64,000 bases of DNA from Chrysomallon squamiferum (lineage: Eukaryota > Animalia > Mollusca): contig CM022672.1 in assembly GCA_012295275.1 (NCBI GenBank), positions 682,001-746,000 of the forward strand, written 5' to 3'. The notes below the pieces were generated by a model. It was not told the DNA's origin and searched no databases. It worked only from the letters and a program-made list of their open reading frames with translations. The position numbers and the translations under genes are program-made. Positions within the stretch are counted from its first letter, which is position 1. Every line of letters starts with the position of its first letter. Positions 53,279 through 64,000 of this stretch are shown one piece after another.

Positions 53279-53701
53279 ACGACAAAAAAGGACCGGCCAT
53301 CGTTTTATAAAAGCTATTCGCCACAGGACATGGAGAGAGCCATACGAGACGTGCTTGAACTCAAGATGACGATTAACCAGTCAGCTCAGAAATACCGAAT
53401 TCCAGTAAGCACTCTGCACCAGAATCTGCCTCTCATAAAACAGAACCGTGGGCCCTGCCCCATCCTCTCTCCAGAGGAGGAGACAACTCTAGCTGCACAT
53501 ATTATCCAACAACACAAAAAGGGGGCGCCACTGAGTCGAGTTGAAATCCTGGCCGAAGTGAAACAAATCTTGGACAGAAACAAGCGAGTATCTCCATTCA
53601 AAGACAATTTACCTCAGTATGGCTGGTTGAAAGGATTCGTCAAGCGCAACCCACAAGTACTACAGAGTCACATGTGTAACAGAAAATACCATGTACAGTA
53701 A
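53279..53701 (+). CDS. Gene C alternative last exon V13: double HTH (140 aa)
   Basis: Acceptor tattttcag| phase 0 (TTKKDRPSFYKSYSPQDMERAIRDV); YRIPVSTLHQNLP...LSPEEETTLA...WLKGFVKRNP; stop TAA. Confidence 0.85.
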   Translation, partial: TTKKDRPSFYKSYSPQDMERAIRDVLELKMTINQSAQKYRIPVSTLHQNLPLIKQNRGPCPILSPEEETTLAAHIIQQHKKGAPLSRVEILAEVKQILDRNKRVSPFKDNLPQYGWLKGFVKRNPQVLQSHMCNRKYHVQ

Positions 53702-55290
53702 TGTTACTTTTACACTTTGCTACCGCTGTCTCGGTTGTTAGTTTGACTATTTCCGTACTGCAGAGACATCAGATTAAGGGTGTACGTGAGTGTATGCGTG
53801 TGTATATGTATATACTTACGTATCTATGAATGAATGTACAAAATAAACAATAACTATAGACTCCTATGTACAGACTGACATACACATACAGAAAACATCA
53901 ATAAAAAATATATAATGATTGTCCATAAATTATCCACACAGTAACAACACACTATACACACTAGGAAAATAATTTTATTCAAAGAAAACTCAAAACACAC
54001 AACACAACAAAATGTTCTTCTTATAATAAAGCTTATGATAGTTATATATTTTTGTATGAAGTGGTTAGTTGAAACACTAGATTTACACAATAAATTTCGT
54101 TCTTACATTTAACACAGCTGCCAGTAGTAAACTCTCAGTCTGAGCTGTCATTTGTGGACAGCTTAAGAATAAGTGGATGTTTTCACCAGATCGAAATTAA
54201 AAAAGGTTATACTGACTTTGTGCTGCTACAGATGTTTTCTCTTATCAATAAAAATTCAAACACTAAATAATATTAAGATAGTTATACATATTTATAAAAT
54301 CTGAATTATCAGCGTTAGCGAAATAAAACGATCTGTTGTAGACGAATTAGAAATAAGCTCTGCATTTAATATCACTAAACAGTACCTCACTACATACAAC
54401 ACAGTTTAACTTAATATTCACTAAAAAGTTACGGTCCACACTGATTTGTTATACACACGCTTACATCTGTTTGTTTTATTAGGAGTCCCAGTTATAAAGA
54501 GTCTCGTAGATATACACAGAGCGGACCACACAGTGTAACATACGTTCTAGGCATGATCGGCACAGCCTCTTTGTTATCATCTTTTAATAAAATATGCAAT
54601 ATCAAAACAGGATTTAAACTGAATCCAGAACGAGAAGTCTAATGGTCATCAATGATTAGTTTATAAAAAGTAAAGAAAAGTGTTAGACATGATAATGTAG
54701 TATTAGTAATAAAACTTATTTTTTTGAATAATCAGTGACAGTTCTATAATTGTATATTAGTAATAAAATATACGAGACAAACGTAAACATATAAGATAAA
54801 AAATACACCTCAATCCTATGCAGTGATAAGAATTTCTAAACAAAATGTATGATTATGAATTAAAAAGTAGTCAGAAAAGCATGCTTATGTGTGAAATTTC
54901 TTGATCGCTTAAAAGCGAGACCTAAAAAACGTTCACTGACAATTCCATTTAAAAGACGTGTATCACTTTACTACAGAATGTATCGTTTTACCTTAATGTA
55001 CACGATCTTTCCACCATGGTTTAAACAATGTTTATTCACTGTATATACACACATACTCATACTAAACTAATAAAGAAACATATATAAAAAGTCAAATAAC
55101 AAATCTCTAAATAATGTAGCTATATTAGAAGAGAAAAGCTGGTATATATTCTGTTATATATTACTGAATACATAATTAGAACTGAACTCTGCTTCAGATA
55201 ACATCATTGTCTATAAACTCGTCTATTTCATGCACTAGATCTCCACAATGCATTATAATCACAGTAATATTTCTTCTGTTTTATCTCGGC

Positions 55291-63906
<8,616 letters not shown>

Positions 63907-64000
63907 CTGAAAACAGAAAAAGAATAATAATAATAATAAATTAAAAATAAAATAAAACTAATAAAATTAAATTAAATAGAATTACAAAATGAAGGGAGTA

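Overview
AT-rich animal genomic DNA with spliceosomal GT-AG introns and microsatellites. It is probably molluscan (inference only). It holds three paralogous genes sharing an unnamed ~75-aa N-terminal domain: gene A (minus, runs off the window start), gene B (minus, 10 coding exons, PHD finger) and gene C (plus, head-to-head with B). Gene C is the main finding. Two constant coding exons (312 aa) end at a phase-0 donor at 22469. They are followed over ~28 kb by 13 same-strand cassettes (12 intact, 1 frameshifted), each with its own phase-0 splice acceptor, a pogo/Tigger/CENP-B-type double helix-turn-helix (Psq-like HTH + CENP-B-like HTH, no DDE domain) and its own stop. One further candidate end has a basic/bZIP-like region. 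This predicts one gene producing ~13 DNA-binding isoforms from alternative last exons, an architecture like Drosophila mod(mdg4)/lola but with different parts. Splicing is inferred from splice-site and phase logic, not from transcripts. Also present: a defective Sola2-like DNA transposon with TIRs and a TGAT TSD, MITE-like elements, a 44-46-bp minisatellite, a long-range inverted repeat inside the array, and the 3' part of a convergent Mind bomb-like E3 ligase gene.
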